Source: Deltaproteobacteria bacterium
GTDB taxonomy: Bacteria; Myxococcota; Kuafuiibacteriia; Kuafuiibacteriales; Kuafuiibacteriaceae
Assembly: GCA_040218735.1 (NCBI GenBank)
Contig: JAVJQW010000043.1
Coordinates: 352,001 to 416,000 of the forward strand
Length of the DNA stretch: 64,000 nucleotides
Reading direction: 5' to 3'
Positions 29,206 to 39,239 of this stretch are shown piece by piece. A program made the position numbers and the translations under genes. The notes beneath the pieces were generated by a model. That model saw only the letters and a list, made by a program, of their open reading frames with translations, did no database searches and was not told the DNA's origin. Positions within the stretch are counted from its first letter, which is position 1. Every line of letters starts with the position of its first letter.

Positions 29206-30402
29206 ATGGCGGCAAACGGGGGCAGCGGGTCGTTCGTCGACCTCCTCGACGACGACGTCGCCGACTACTCGCTCGCCGACTGGCGCCGTCGAAACCTCGT
29301 CTTCTACGAGCGCATCGTCGATCGCGGCCTGTTCGAGCCGCGGATGGTGCCGTTCGAGGCCCACCGCTACCTGGTCGACACGCTGATCCGCGTCCGCGTG
29401 GGGGCCGCGACGGACCCTCAGAACGCCGGCCACGTACGCGCCCAGAACGAAAACGTCGTGCACTACGCGATCGCCGCCGACGTCGACGCCGAGACGCTCG
29501 CGGTCAGCCTCTCCGCCGGGTTCATCCACGACCTCAACAAGGCCCTCGGCGAGCCGCTCCGCTCCGACGAGTTCGCGGTGCGCGACGGGGCCGGGCGCAT
29601 CGTCACGTCGATGACGACGATGGCGCAGATCGTCGGCCTCAACCACCTCGGCGAGCGCACGCGCCGCGCGCTCAACGCGGCGACGCGCTTGCGCGACGGT
29701 CCGATCGCCCCCGAGGTCGCCGACCGCATCGACCGTTGCATCATCCACCACGGCCTCGGCTCGAGCCGCTTCATCCAGGAGCTCATCGACGGGAAGAACG
29801 AGTGGTGGGGCGACGAGTTCGTCGACGCCGAGACCGGCAAACGCAAGCTCGTCCACCCCGAGCAACCGCCGCTGACGTTGGAGTCCGTGATCCACGACCT
29901 CGCCGATTCCACTCAACAGATGCAGGGCGGCGCCGCGTGGTTGATGAAGTACCCCGCCGGTTTCTGGCGCGCGTCGCAGCGTTCGTACTTCGACATGCTC
30001 ACCGACACCACGGTGCCCGACGAAGGCGGCATCGCGATGAGCCTCGCCGGACAGATCGAAGTCGAGACGCAGACCTGCCATGCGATCGTCGACCGCGCGC
30101 TCGCCGAAGGCGTCGTCGACGAAGCGCTCGCCGCGCGCCTGCGCGGAGCGGTCGGCACCGCGATCGAGTCATCCGTCCGTTGGCACGGATGCGCCGACCT
30201 CGCGAGTGACGAAGGCGAGAGCGTCTATCACGACGTCGCCGCCGTGCTCGGCATCACCCGCGAAGAAGCGCTCGAACGCTTGCGCGCCGCGACGCCCGGC
30301 ACGCCAGAGGGTGACGCGATCGAAGATGTGATCTGGGACTCGGGCCGAAAGCTCGATCGCCAACGCGCGCGTGATCTCGCGCACCGCATCGACGCGTCGT
30401 AG
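29206..30402 (+). CDS. HD-superfamily-like phosphohydrolase
   Basis: GHV..., FIHDLNK, NH, IIHH and HDLAD ligand pattern. Confidence 0.6.
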   Translation: MAANGGSGSFVDLLDDDVADYSLADWRRRNLVFYERIVDRGLFEPRMVPFEAHRYLVDTLIRVRVGAATDPQNAGHVRAQNENVVHYAIAADVDAETLAVSLSAGFIHDLNKALGEPLRSDEFAVRDGAGRIVTSMTTMAQIVGLNHLGERTRRALNAATRLRDGPIAPEVADRIDRCIIHHGLGSSRFIQELIDGKNEWWGDEFVDAETGKRKLVHPEQPPLTLESVIHDLADSTQQMQGGAAWLMKYPAGFWRASQRSYFDMLTDTTVPDEGGIAMSLAGQIEVETQTCHAIVDRALAEGVVDEALAARLRGAVGTAIESSVRWHGCADLASDEGESVYHDVAAVLGITREEALERLRAATPGTPEGDAIEDVIWDSGRKLDRQRARDLAHRIDAS

Positions 30403-30505
30403 AACCTTCCTGAATTTTCTTCGTCTCCCATTGATCCACCCGCTGCGTTCGACACGTACACGGGGCAGTTCACTCGCCGCCCCCGCTACGGAGGAATCGA
30501 TTCGC

Positions 30506-31537
30506 ATGAAACGAACATGGACCACTCAGGTGCAGCGCATCGTCGGCACCGCCGGTCTGTCGCTGATGCTCGGCGTCGGCGCAGTCGCCTGCAAGGGCGA
30601 GAGCACGACCGAGCAACCGCCGCCGGACGAGAACCAAAACAGTGCGCCGCTCACGTCGGTGGAGCCCGTCGCCGAGAACAGTGACTTCTGGTCGCCGCTC
30701 GACGCCGCGCCCTCGCCGGACGGCAAGATCATCTACTTCACCGCCATGAACGAAGACGGCCCCGCCGTCATGTCCGTGGAGCCCGGGAGCCAGCCGACGG
30801 TGCTCGCCACCGGTGGCCTCCTCGTGTCGCCGTTCTCGATCATCCCGAGCCTCGACGGGAGTCGTTTGTTCGTCGTCGACAGCGGCGCCGAAGGCGACAC
30901 CGAGGTCACGGGTCGTGTCTTCTCGATGTCGTCGTCGGGCGGCGAGCCGAGCGCGCTCTCCGCGGCCGACGGGACGATGCCGAAGAGCCTCACCGTCGCC
31001 GAGGTCGATGGCGAGGAGCGCATCTACTTCACCGGGGTGATGGCGGACGACGAGACGACGCCGGCCATCTTCTCGATGTTGGCGGACGGCACCGACTTCA
31101 ACGTCGAGCTGTCCGGCGAACCGCTCGTCGACCCGAGCGGCATCGCGGTCACCGGCAACGGCACGATCTACGTCGCGGACTCCAACGCGGACGAGCTCGG
31201 CAACGCGGCCATCGTGAAGGTCGAAAACGGCGCGGCTTCGCTGCTCGCGTCGGACCTGCGCGTCGGCTTCCCCGCGGGCATCGCGCTCGACTTCGAGGAG
31301 CGCGCGCTCTTCGTGTCGGGGCTGGCCAAGGAGGACTCGAGCTCGCTCGTCTATCACATCGTGCTCGACTCCAAGGAGATCACGCGCATCAGCGACGGCA
31401 TCTCGCACAACTCGGAGTCCGCCGGGGTCCACCGGGCGCACGCCGCTGACGTCTACGCTTGGGCGAACGCCGACGGGGATCCGTCCGAGCCCAGCGGCGG
31501 CACGGTGTACCTGCTCAAGGGCCCGCAGGCCCCGTGA
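30506..31537 (+). CDS. Beta-propeller (NHL/SMP-30-like) lipoprotein
   Basis: AVAC lipobox; repeats of the form PSGIAV..GTIYVAD; GGAGG upstream. Confidence 0.75.
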   Translation: MKRTWTTQVQRIVGTAGLSLMLGVGAVACKGESTTEQPPPDENQNSAPLTSVEPVAENSDFWSPLDAAPSPDGKIIYFTAMNEDGPAVMSVEPGSQPTVLATGGLLVSPFSIIPSLDGSRLFVVDSGAEGDTEVTGRVFSMSSSGGEPSALSAADGTMPKSLTVAEVDGEERIYFTGVMADDETTPAIFSMLADGTDFNVELSGEPLVDPSGIAVTGNGTIYVADSNADELGNAAIVKVENGAASLLASDLRVGFPAGIALDFEERALFVSGLAKEDSSSLVYHIVLDSKEITRISDGISHNSESAGVHRAHAADVYAWANADGDPSEPSGGTVYLLKGPQAP

Positions 31538-31617
31538 CCGACAAGCACCGCAACACGAACCCGACAACCTGGACACACCGAGCGCCTGAAGAAGGCGTCG
31601 GGAGGAGTACGCTCGAA

Positions 31618-33030
31618 ATGAAATTCGCCAAGTTCAACGCCGGCCTCGCCATCGTCGCTGCCGCCGGTCTCGTCAGCACCACGCAGGACGCCCAGGCCTC
31701 CAGTCACCGCGAAGCACCGATGATCGCGGAGGACCCCGCAGCCGACAACACGGACGTCTACGCGTGGATGTCGCCCAGCCGCGACAAGCTCTACATCGTC
31801 GCCAACTACATCCCGCTGGAGGAGCCGGCGGGCGGCCCGAACTTCCACAAGTTCTCGGACGACGTTCGCTACGAAATCCACGTCACCCGCGGGGCGAACA
31901 GCCTCGAGGACTACGCGACCTACTTCATCGACTTCAACACGTCGGCGATTCAGCGCGTGGACCCCGCGGACCTCAACGCACCGCTCGGCGGCGGCAAGGA
32001 GTTCTTCTCGCAGCTGTCCGGCCAGACGCAGACCTACCGCGTGATCAAGCGCGGCGGGAACGGCCGCGCCAACGTCATCGGTCGCGACTTCCCGGTCGCG
32101 CCGACCAACATCGGCCCGCGTACGTTCGCGGTGATTCGCTCCGGCGAGACGACGAGCCCCGAGTACGACGACGCGTACGCGGCGCAGTTCATCAACACGC
32201 TCGACTTCGGCGAAGGCCGCATCTGGGCCGGCCCGCGTGACGACGGTTTCTACGTCGACCTCGGCGGCGTCTTCGACCTCGCGAACCTCCGCCCCGCCGG
32301 CGTCGCGCAGGACGGTGTGTCCGGCTACAACGTGCACTCGATCGCGATGGAGATCGACGTCGACGAGTTCAACGGCGGCCCCGTCGCGGCGGGCCCCTCG
32401 AACGAGAACACGCTCGGCATCTGGGCGGCCGCCAGCCGTCGCAAGATCTCGATTCGTCGCAACCGTCGCGGCAAGACCGTCAACTTCGGACCGTGGGTGC
32501 GCGTCTCCCGCCTCGCCATCCCGCTCGTGAACGAGGCGCTCATCGGCCTGCAGGACAAGGACAAGTACAACCGCACGCACCCGCGTCGCGACGTGCAGAA
32601 CTTCGGTGCGTACTTCCTGAACCCGGTCGTGGTGCGTGACGCCGAGGCCGTGGGCATCTACGCCGCGCTCGGCGTGGACCCGACGCCCTTCAAGTCGAAC
32701 CGCACGGACATCATCGACATCATCAACCTGACCAACATCCCGTCCCCGAACGCGCACAGCATCCCGCTCGAGAAGACCGGCGACGTGCTCCGCCTCGACA
32801 TGGGCGTGGAGTCCGGCTTCCCGAACGGGCGCCCGATCCCGGGCGGCGCGTTCCCCGACCAGGAGCAGGCCGACGTCACGGACGTCCTCCTCTCGGTCAT
32901 CCTCGCGGGCGGTCAGCTGCCGATCAGCGATGGCGTCGACTACAACGACAAGGAGTTCCTCGCGGACTTCCCGTTCCTCCCGCTGCCGCACCGCGGCTTC
33001 GACGAGGGTCACGGCATCCCCACTCCTTAG
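31618..33030 (+). CDS. DUF4331-family exported protein
   Basis: AQA-SSHREAP, DNTDVYAW, AGPRDD.F..DL, RLAIPLVNE, GFPNGR and FPFL motifs. Confidence 0.88.
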   Translation: MKFAKFNAGLAIVAAAGLVSTTQDAQASSHREAPMIAEDPAADNTDVYAWMSPSRDKLYIVANYIPLEEPAGGPNFHKFSDDVRYEIHVTRGANSLEDYATYFIDFNTSAIQRVDPADLNAPLGGGKEFFSQLSGQTQTYRVIKRGGNGRANVIGRDFPVAPTNIGPRTFAVIRSGETTSPEYDDAYAAQFINTLDFGEGRIWAGPRDDGFYVDLGGVFDLANLRPAGVAQDGVSGYNVHSIAMEIDVDEFNGGPVAAGPSNENTLGIWAAASRRKISIRRNRRGKTVNFGPWVRVSRLAIPLVNEALIGLQDKDKYNRTHPRRDVQNFGAYFLNPVVVRDAEAVGIYAALGVDPTPFKSNRTDIIDIINLTNIPSPNAHSIPLEKTGDVLRLDMGVESGFPNGRPIPGGAFPDQEQADVTDVLLSVILAGGQLPISDGVDYNDKEFLADFPFLPLPHRGFDEGHGIPTP

Positions 33031-33050
33031 GCATTAGCTCCTTCGAGTCC

Positions 33051-33117
33051 GCGGGGGCGCGGCTCGAATCATCGGTGCGGGGGCGCCCGGTGGTTCGAGT
33101 CCGCGCCCCCGCTTTTT
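33051..33117 (+). terminator. Long GC-rich intrinsic terminator
   Basis: Imperfect stem of about 25 bp followed by TTTTT. Confidence 0.7.
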
Positions 33118-33274
33118 GCGTTGTGCCCCAACGCACGCCAAATCGGCTTCGAAAAGCGGGTTTCGAGACGATCTAGCCGAGCCCGCCGTACGTACTCTCA
33201 TCGTGAAGCGCGCGGCTTGGTCATCACTGCGGGGGCGCTTGGTGGCCAAGCCGTGTTCTTCGCCTCGACACTCC

Positions 33275-34600
33275 ATGAAGACATCCATGAAACGCATCGT
33301 TTACGTCCTGCCCTTCGCGTTGCTCGTCGCCTGTGACGACGCGCCCGAGACGACGAAGGTCCTCACCGTCGAAGAGAAGAACGCGCCGAAGACCCAGACG
33401 GGGCCGTCGGGGCTGCAGCGCCTGGCGCTCGAAGACCCGGGCGGGGCGACGGCGATCGACGAACAGATCCGACGCCTGCAGGGCGTCGCGCAGCGGCACG
33501 AGCAAAAGCTCGATCCCTGGATCCTCCTCGGCCGCTCCTGGATTCAGAAGGCCCGGCAGCAGAGCGACCCGGGGTACTACAAGAACGCAAACGCGTGCGC
33601 CGACATCGGCTTCGACATCCTCCCCGACAACGCCCTGTCGCGGAACCTGCGCGGCCTCGTGTTGATGAACGACCACCGCTTCGCCGACGCGAAGGCGTTG
33701 ATGGAAGACGTGCTCGCCGACGACCCGGACGACTTCATGGCGCTCGGTACGCTCAGCGACGCGCTCCTCGAGCTCGGCGACGTCCAGGGCGCGACGAAAC
33801 ACGCGCAGCGCATGCTCGACCTCAAGCCCAGCCTCCCTTCGTACACCCGCGCCGCGTACCTTCGCTGGCTCACCGGCGACGCGAAGGGCGCGACGCTAAT
33901 CCTGAAGAAGGCGATCATGGCGGGCGGCACCGCGCGCGACAAAGAAGCCTTCGCGTGGGTCATCGTCGAGGCGGCGAAGATCTTCTGGCATCAGGGGGAC
34001 CACGAGGGCGCCGAGGCCGGCTTCGACCGCGCGCTGCAGGCGTTTCCGGAGTACCCGCCCGCGCTGGTGTGGAAGGCGCGCGTCGCCTTGGCGCGCGGTG
34101 AGCCGAACCGGGCGCTCGACCTGGCCGAAAGATCGTATCGCGGCGCCGCGCTCGCCGAGACGGCGTGGGTGTGGGTCGACGCGGCGCGCACCGCCGGCGA
34201 CGCCGCCAAGGTCAAGGAGGCCGAGGCGAAGCTCGAGAAGCTCGGCGAGCACGGTGAGGCGCGGGTCCTCGCCGCGTACCTCGCGACCGAGAACAAGGAT
34301 GCGAAGCGCGCCGTGGCCCTCGCCGAGCGCGAGCTGAAGGGGCGCTCCGATCTCTACTCCCACGACGCCCACGCGTGGGCGCTCTACCGGGCGGGGCGCT
34401 TCGAGGAAGCGCTCGCGGCGGCGAAACGGGCGAATGCGCACGGCACACCCGACGCGTCGCTCCGTTACCACCTCGGTGCGATCCAGATCGCCAGCGGCGC
34501 CGTGGCCGAGGGCCGCGAGAACGTCTCCGCGGCGCTCGCCCTCAACCCGCGGTTTCACCCGACTGCCGCCGCCGAAGCGCGCAACCTCCTCGCCGACTGA
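33275..34600 (+). CDS. TPR lipoprotein (DUF4331-associated type)
   Basis: LVAC lipobox; HRF.DA, DALLELG, SYTRAAYLR and DAHAWALY motifs; start at 33275 or 33287. Confidence 0.82.
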   Translation: MKTSMKRIVYVLPFALLVACDDAPETTKVLTVEEKNAPKTQTGPSGLQRLALEDPGGATAIDEQIRRLQGVAQRHEQKLDPWILLGRSWIQKARQQSDPGYYKNANACADIGFDILPDNALSRNLRGLVLMNDHRFADAKALMEDVLADDPDDFMALGTLSDALLELGDVQGATKHAQRMLDLKPSLPSYTRAAYLRWLTGDAKGATLILKKAIMAGGTARDKEAFAWVIVEAAKIFWHQGDHEGAEAGFDRALQAFPEYPPALVWKARVALARGEPNRALDLAERSYRGAALAETAWVWVDAARTAGDAAKVKEAEAKLEKLGEHGEARVLAAYLATENKDAKRAVALAERELKGRSDLYSHDAHAWALYRAGRFEEALAAAKRANAHGTPDASLRYHLGAIQIASGAVAEGRENVSAALALNPRFHPTAAAEARNLLAD

Positions 34601-34651
34601 CCGCGCCGGGCTATCCATCCGCTCGAAATCCGGAGACAATCTCGCCGCCCG

Positions 34652-36553
34652 GTGAGCCTCTCGGTCCGCATGATGCTCGCGTTCTCGGTGCTGGTCGTCG
34701 TCACGGCCATCGCCTCCGCGAGCGCGATCTTCTTCGAGCTCGACGCGCAGCTCGTCGCCAGCAAGGAGCTCCAGCTCTCGAGCGAGACCAGCGTCCGCGC
34801 GGTGCGCTTCAAGGACGCCATGGACGAGCTCGTTCGCGACGTCCGGCTCCTCGCGGGGACGCCGCCCATCCAGGGCGTCGTCCGCACCGTGGCCGCGGGC
34901 GGCATCGATCCGGCGGACGGTTCGACCGACGAGCAGTGGAAGCTGCGCCTCGCCACGATCTTCCGGCAGCTCCTACGCAGCAAGCCGAACTACTTGCAGG
35001 CGCGCTACATCGGCGTCGCCGACGGCGGGCGCGAGATGGTGCGCGTGGAGCGGGCCGTCGGGAGCGCGAAGATCGCCGCGGTCTGGGGGGATGCGCTTCA
35101 GCAGAAGGGCGATGCGTCCTACTTCCAGGCCACGATCGCGCGCGAGCCTGACGGGCTCTACGTCTCCCCGATCGATCTCAACCGCGAGCACGGCGAGATC
35201 CAGGTCCCGCACACCCCGGTCGTGCGTGCGAGTGTCCCCGTCTTCGACGCGGCCGGCGCGCCGTTCGGGATCGTGATCGTGAACTTCGCCATCGGGCCCA
35301 CGCTCGACGCGTTGACCGAGAGCACGAATCCCGATGACCGCCTCTTCGTCACGAACGGAGCGGGCGCCTACCTCGCGCACCCCGATCCGCAGCGGGAGTT
35401 CGAGTTCGAGGTGGGGAAGTCGGCTTCGGCCGCCGCCGACTTCCCGATCCTCCGGCGCGTGCTCGAAGGCGGCGAGAACGTCGTCGTGGAAGTGCGTGAG
35501 GACGACGTCGTGGCCGTGCGACGCGTCCGGTACGGCCCCGCCGGGAGCCAACACACCTTCGCCATCATCGCGGAGACCAGCCTGTCGGAGGCCACGGCCG
35601 TATCGCGCGCGGTCCTCAACCGCACGCTCTTGGTGATGGCGGTGTTCGTCGTGCTCGCGCTCGTCGCCGGCCTCGCCCTGGCGCGGAGTGTCGCGCGTCC
35701 GATCACGTCGCTCGCGTCCGCCGTGCGCAGCATCGAGGACGACGCGCGCCGCTTCGATCCGCCGCCCGGCCTCTCCGCGGAGGCGTCCGAGCTCGCGGAC
35801 GCGCTGTCGTCGTCGTTCGCGAAGATCGATCGGCACACCTCCGAGCTCGAGGAGAAGAACAAGGAGCTCGCGCAGTTCGCGTACATCGCTTCGCACGATC
35901 TCCAGGAACCGGTTCGGACGATCTCCAGCCTGGTGTCGCTCCTCGTCGAGCACCACCACGAGCAGTTCGACGGTGACGCCAAGACGTCGCTCGAGTTCCT
36001 CCGGGAGTCGACGGACCGAATGCAGGCGCTGATTCACGGCCTGCTCGAGTACAGTCGCCTGGGTTATGGCGCCCAGGCGAAGCCCACGGATCTGAGCGTC
36101 CTTCTGCAAGAGGTGCAGCAGGACCTCGACGCGCAGATCAAGGCCAGTGAAGCGACGATCGACGTCGCTCCGCTACCGACGCTGCGCGTTCTGCCGGTCG
36201 AAGTCCGGCTGCTGTTTCAGAACCTCCTGTCCAATGCCCTCAAGTTCAGGCGCACGGATGTGCCACTTCGGGTCTCCGTAAACGCAGAGAATGCGGGGCG
36301 GGATTGGAAGTTCTGCGTGGAGGACAACGGTATCGGGATCGACCACGCCCACCGCGACAGGGTGTTCCTCATCTTCCAACGGCTCCATAATCGCGGCGTG
36401 TACGAAGGTACCGGCATTGGCCTCGCGCATTGCAGCAAGATCGTCTCGATGCACTACGGACGGATCTGGGTCGAGGACGCGACGTCCGGGGACGGCGTGC
36501 GGTTCTGCTTCACGCTTCGCGAGCTTCGCGAGCAGGAGGCGCACCGTTCATGA
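34652..36553 (+). CDS. Cache-type periplasmic sensor histidine kinase (Cph1-like transmitter)
   Basis: Two TMs; YVSPIDLNRE; FAYIASHDLQEP, NLLSNALKF, DNGIG and GTGIGLA motifs. Confidence 0.92.
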   Translation: MSLSVRMMLAFSVLVVVTAIASASAIFFELDAQLVASKELQLSSETSVRAVRFKDAMDELVRDVRLLAGTPPIQGVVRTVAAGGIDPADGSTDEQWKLRLATIFRQLLRSKPNYLQARYIGVADGGREMVRVERAVGSAKIAAVWGDALQQKGDASYFQATIAREPDGLYVSPIDLNREHGEIQVPHTPVVRASVPVFDAAGAPFGIVIVNFAIGPTLDALTESTNPDDRLFVTNGAGAYLAHPDPQREFEFEVGKSASAAADFPILRRVLEGGENVVVEVREDDVVAVRRVRYGPAGSQHTFAIIAETSLSEATAVSRAVLNRTLLVMAVFVVLALVAGLALARSVARPITSLASAVRSIEDDARRFDPPPGLSAEASELADALSSSFAKIDRHTSELEEKNKELAQFAYIASHDLQEPVRTISSLVSLLVEHHHEQFDGDAKTSLEFLRESTDRMQALIHGLLEYSRLGYGAQAKPTDLSVLLQEVQQDLDAQIKASEATIDVAPLPTLRVLPVEVRLLFQNLLSNALKFRRTDVPLRVSVNAENAGRDWKFCVEDNGIGIDHAHRDRVFLIFQRLHNRGVYEGTGIGLAHCSKIVSMHYGRIWVEDATSGDGVRFCFTLRELREQEAHRS

Positions 36554-36963
36554 CCAAGCTCCGTGAAGTCCTGCTCGTCGACGACCTCCCCGCAGACAAC
36601 TTCCTCAACAAGTTGCTGCTGCAGCGCCTCGACTGCGCCGAGAAGATCTCGATGGCGTTGAACGGGCGTGAGGCGCTCGACTACCTCACGACGCCCGTGG
36701 ACGGAGCTCGCCCGGACGTGGAGCTGATCATCCTCGACATCAACATGCCCATCATGGACGGCTGGGAGTTCCTCGAAGCGTACGAAAAGCTCCCGCCCGA
36801 GCAGCGCGCCGCCGCCGTGCTCATGATGTTGACGACGTCGATGAACCCCGACGACGAAGCGCGGGCCCGGAGCAAAGAATCCATCGATCGTTTTGCGGTG
36901 AAGCCGCTGACCGAGGAGACCTTCCGCCGTCTCCTCGAAGAACAGTTCCCCGGTAGGTTCTAG
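36550..36963 (+). CDS. Single-domain response regulator (Rcp1-like)
   Basis: LLVDD, LDINMP, LTTS and KP motifs; ATGA overlap. Confidence 0.92.
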   Translation: MTKLREVLLVDDLPADNFLNKLLLQRLDCAEKISMALNGREALDYLTTPVDGARPDVELIILDINMPIMDGWEFLEAYEKLPPEQRAAAVLMMLTTSMNPDDEARARSKESIDRFAVKPLTEETFRRLLEEQFPGRF

Positions 36964-37964
36964 CGCGCCTTACGCTTCTTCATCTTCTCCCGCGGCACCA
37001 TCGGCTTCGAGAGCTGCCGAAGGACCGGCGCGGTGTCGCAACTCATCTTGCACTTCCCCTCGATGCAAGCCGACTTGCACTCGGAGTCGACCGAGCAGGA
37101 CGCGCCCACGGCTTTCGGAGCGACGCAGCGTTTCTCGGAGCAGGAGAGCCCCGCGGCGCAGTCGCCGCCGATGCACGGCTCGCCCTCGGCGGCGAGCGCG
37201 CTCCCCGCGCACACCCCCTCGCGGCATCGGTGCTCGGGTCCGCACTGGACGTTCGAGACACACGCGCCGCCCGGCTCGATGAACGCGCGGCAGCGGTTGC
37301 GATCGCAGAACCCGTCGCAGACCGGACGTGTCCGCTCGACGTGGGTCTGGCGTAGGTAGGTGACGAGCGGATCCACGCCCGTGTTACACGAGGCGCGGGG
37401 CGGCGCCGGAGGCCCGCAGCGTCCGAGGTCCGTGGGCCCGCCGCCGACGCAGTGCATGCCGTCGGGGCACTCGAGCGTCGAGCGGCACGCCTGGCCGAGC
37501 TGACGTGTCCCGGTGACGAGCTCGCGGCAGGCTTCGGGGGTCTTCAGCGGCGTCGGCGCGACCCAGTCGCAGCCTTCGTGTTGCGTTTCGATCGCGGCCT
37601 CGCAGGCCTCGACCTTCGCCTCGTCGAGCACGACACCCTTCACCAGGATTGCGCCCGCGAGGTTGCGCTCACACTCACTCGTGAGCAGGACGCCGGGTTT
37701 ACGTTCGCAGCACTCCGCGCGCCGTACCTTGGGGCGCTCGTGGAGCGCCTTGCAAAGACGCGTGACGATCGGGGGGATCGTCTCGATCTTTTCGGGGTAG
37801 ACCGGGCGGATCTCGTCGTCCTCCTCGGGCGGGGCGTCCGCGGTGGGTTGCCCCGCGTCGCGCGGCGCGGCGGGTTCCTTCTGGGCCGCTTCCTCGGTCT
37901 TCTTGCAGCCCACGAGGACCAGCGCCGAGAACAGTGCGAGTGAGACGAACGAATTTCGGGGCAC
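36960..37964 (-). CDS. Cys-rich lipoprotein (Dickkopf-like repeats)
   Basis: LVGC lipobox; repeated GxxC...C...C modules. Confidence 0.75.
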   Translation of the reverse strand: MPRNSFVSLALFSALVLVGCKKTEEAAQKEPAAPRDAGQPTADAPPEEDDEIRPVYPEKIETIPPIVTRLCKALHERPKVRRAECCERKPGVLLTSECERNLAGAILVKGVVLDEAKVEACEAAIETQHEGCDWVAPTPLKTPEACRELVTGTRQLGQACRSTLECPDGMHCVGGGPTDLGRCGPPAPPRASCNTGVDPLVTYLRQTHVERTRPVCDGFCDRNRCRAFIEPGGACVSNVQCGPEHRCREGVCAGSALAAEGEPCIGGDCAAGLSCSEKRCVAPKAVGASCSVDSECKSACIEGKCKMSCDTAPVLRQLSKPMVPREKMKKRKAR

Positions 37965-38078
37965 GCCGTACGGTCTCCAACCCCCTCGCTCGGCGCAAGC
38001 CGCGCGGGGTTCGAATGTCGTACGTGTGAAGGCTAGTTCTGGATCGATCGCCGACGCTCGGCGGATGCTCCCCGCGCC

Positions 38079-38555
38079 GTGAAGCTCGTCGTCGTGATCG
38101 TGGGCAAGGACCGAGGCGATCCGATCGTCGGCGCGAGTGACGACTACCTGCAGCGCCTCCAGCACTACTTCCCGGCCGAGGTCGTCGAGGTGAAGGAGGA
38201 GCCCGCGAAGAAGGGCCGCTCCGTCGAAGTCGTGAAACGCGCCGAGGCCGAGCGCATCCGACGCGTGATACCGGACGGCGCCATCACCATCGCGCTCGAC
38301 GAACGCGGCAAGGCGTACCGCTCCGAACAGCTCGCCGAGAAGCTCGAGCGCTGGCAGGTCGAGGGCACGCGCAACGTCGCGCTCGTCATCGGCGGCCCCA
38401 ACGGCCTCGACGCCGAGCTCCTGAAGAAGGCACGCGAGCGCTGGTCGCTGTCGTCGCTGACGCTCCCGCACCGCATCGCCCGGCTCGTGCTCCTCGAACA
38501 GCTCTACCGCGCCGGGACGATCCTCCGCCGCGAGCCGTATCACCGGGGCGACTGA
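38079..38555 (+). CDS. rlmH: 23S rRNA pseudouridine-1915 N3-methyltransferase
   Basis: LDERGK, IGGPNG, LTLPH, LEQLYRA and PYH motifs. Confidence 0.95.
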   Translation: MKLVVVIVGKDRGDPIVGASDDYLQRLQHYFPAEVVEVKEEPAKKGRSVEVVKRAEAERIRRVIPDGAITIALDERGKAYRSEQLAEKLERWQVEGTRNVALVIGGPNGLDAELLKKARERWSLSSLTLPHRIARLVLLEQLYRAGTILRREPYHRGD

Positions 38556-39160
38556 TGTCGATCGTCGAAGGCCTGCTCGACGTCTTTCACCCGCCGTCGT
38601 GCGCGGCGTGTGGACGCCTCGGCGCCGAGCCGTTCTGCGCCACCTGCGCCGAGGCGCTGCTCCCCGCGGAGCCGTTTGAAGTCGCGGGCGTTGCAAAGGC
38701 GGTCGCGGTCTACACGTTCGGAGGGCCGATCGCGGAGGCGATCCACCACTTCAAATATCACGACCGTCCGGACCTCGGTCGGCCGCTCGGCCGCTCGATG
38801 CGCCCCGCGCTCGAGCGCTTCGCGCCCTTCGATCTCGTGGTCGCGATGCCGCCCTCCCGCGGTCGGCTCGTCGCGCGCGGCTACGACCCGGCGCGTGAGC
38901 TGGTTCGTGGACTGTCGCTCCGGCCGGACATCGACGCGCTCCTCCGCGTCACCGAGCCGCCGGCGCAGGTAGGGCTGGATCGGGACAAACGGCTCGCGAA
39001 CCTCACCGGCGCGTTCGCCGCCGACGGGCCGCGTGTCCGGGGCCGAAACGTGCTCCTGGTGGACGACGTCGTCACCACGGGGGCCACCGCGGAGGCGGCG
39101 ACGGCCGCGCTCTCGGCCGCGGCGTCCGTCCAACTCTTGGCGCTCGCACACACACCCTGA
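38555..39160 (+). CDS. comF: ComF family protein (Zn ribbon + PRTase fold)
   Basis: Two CxxC; FKY; RGY; LLVDDVVTTGAT. Confidence 0.9.
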   Translation: MSIVEGLLDVFHPPSCAACGRLGAEPFCATCAEALLPAEPFEVAGVAKAVAVYTFGGPIAEAIHHFKYHDRPDLGRPLGRSMRPALERFAPFDLVVAMPPSRGRLVARGYDPARELVRGLSLRPDIDALLRVTEPPAQVGLDRDKRLANLTGAFAADGPRVRGRNVLLVDDVVTTGATAEAATAALSAAASVQLLALAHTP

Positions 39161-39239
39161 TCCCCGTACCGCGAAACCCCAACCCCCGGTCATGCGCCCG
39201 ATGCGCTGACGTGCCCTGAACGGTCATCTTCCACGCGGT

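Noticed and set aside
33040-33120. tRNA or tRNA fragment (GGTTCGAGTCC resembles a T-loop)
   Set aside because: No D or anticodon arms and no CCA; explained by the terminator stem
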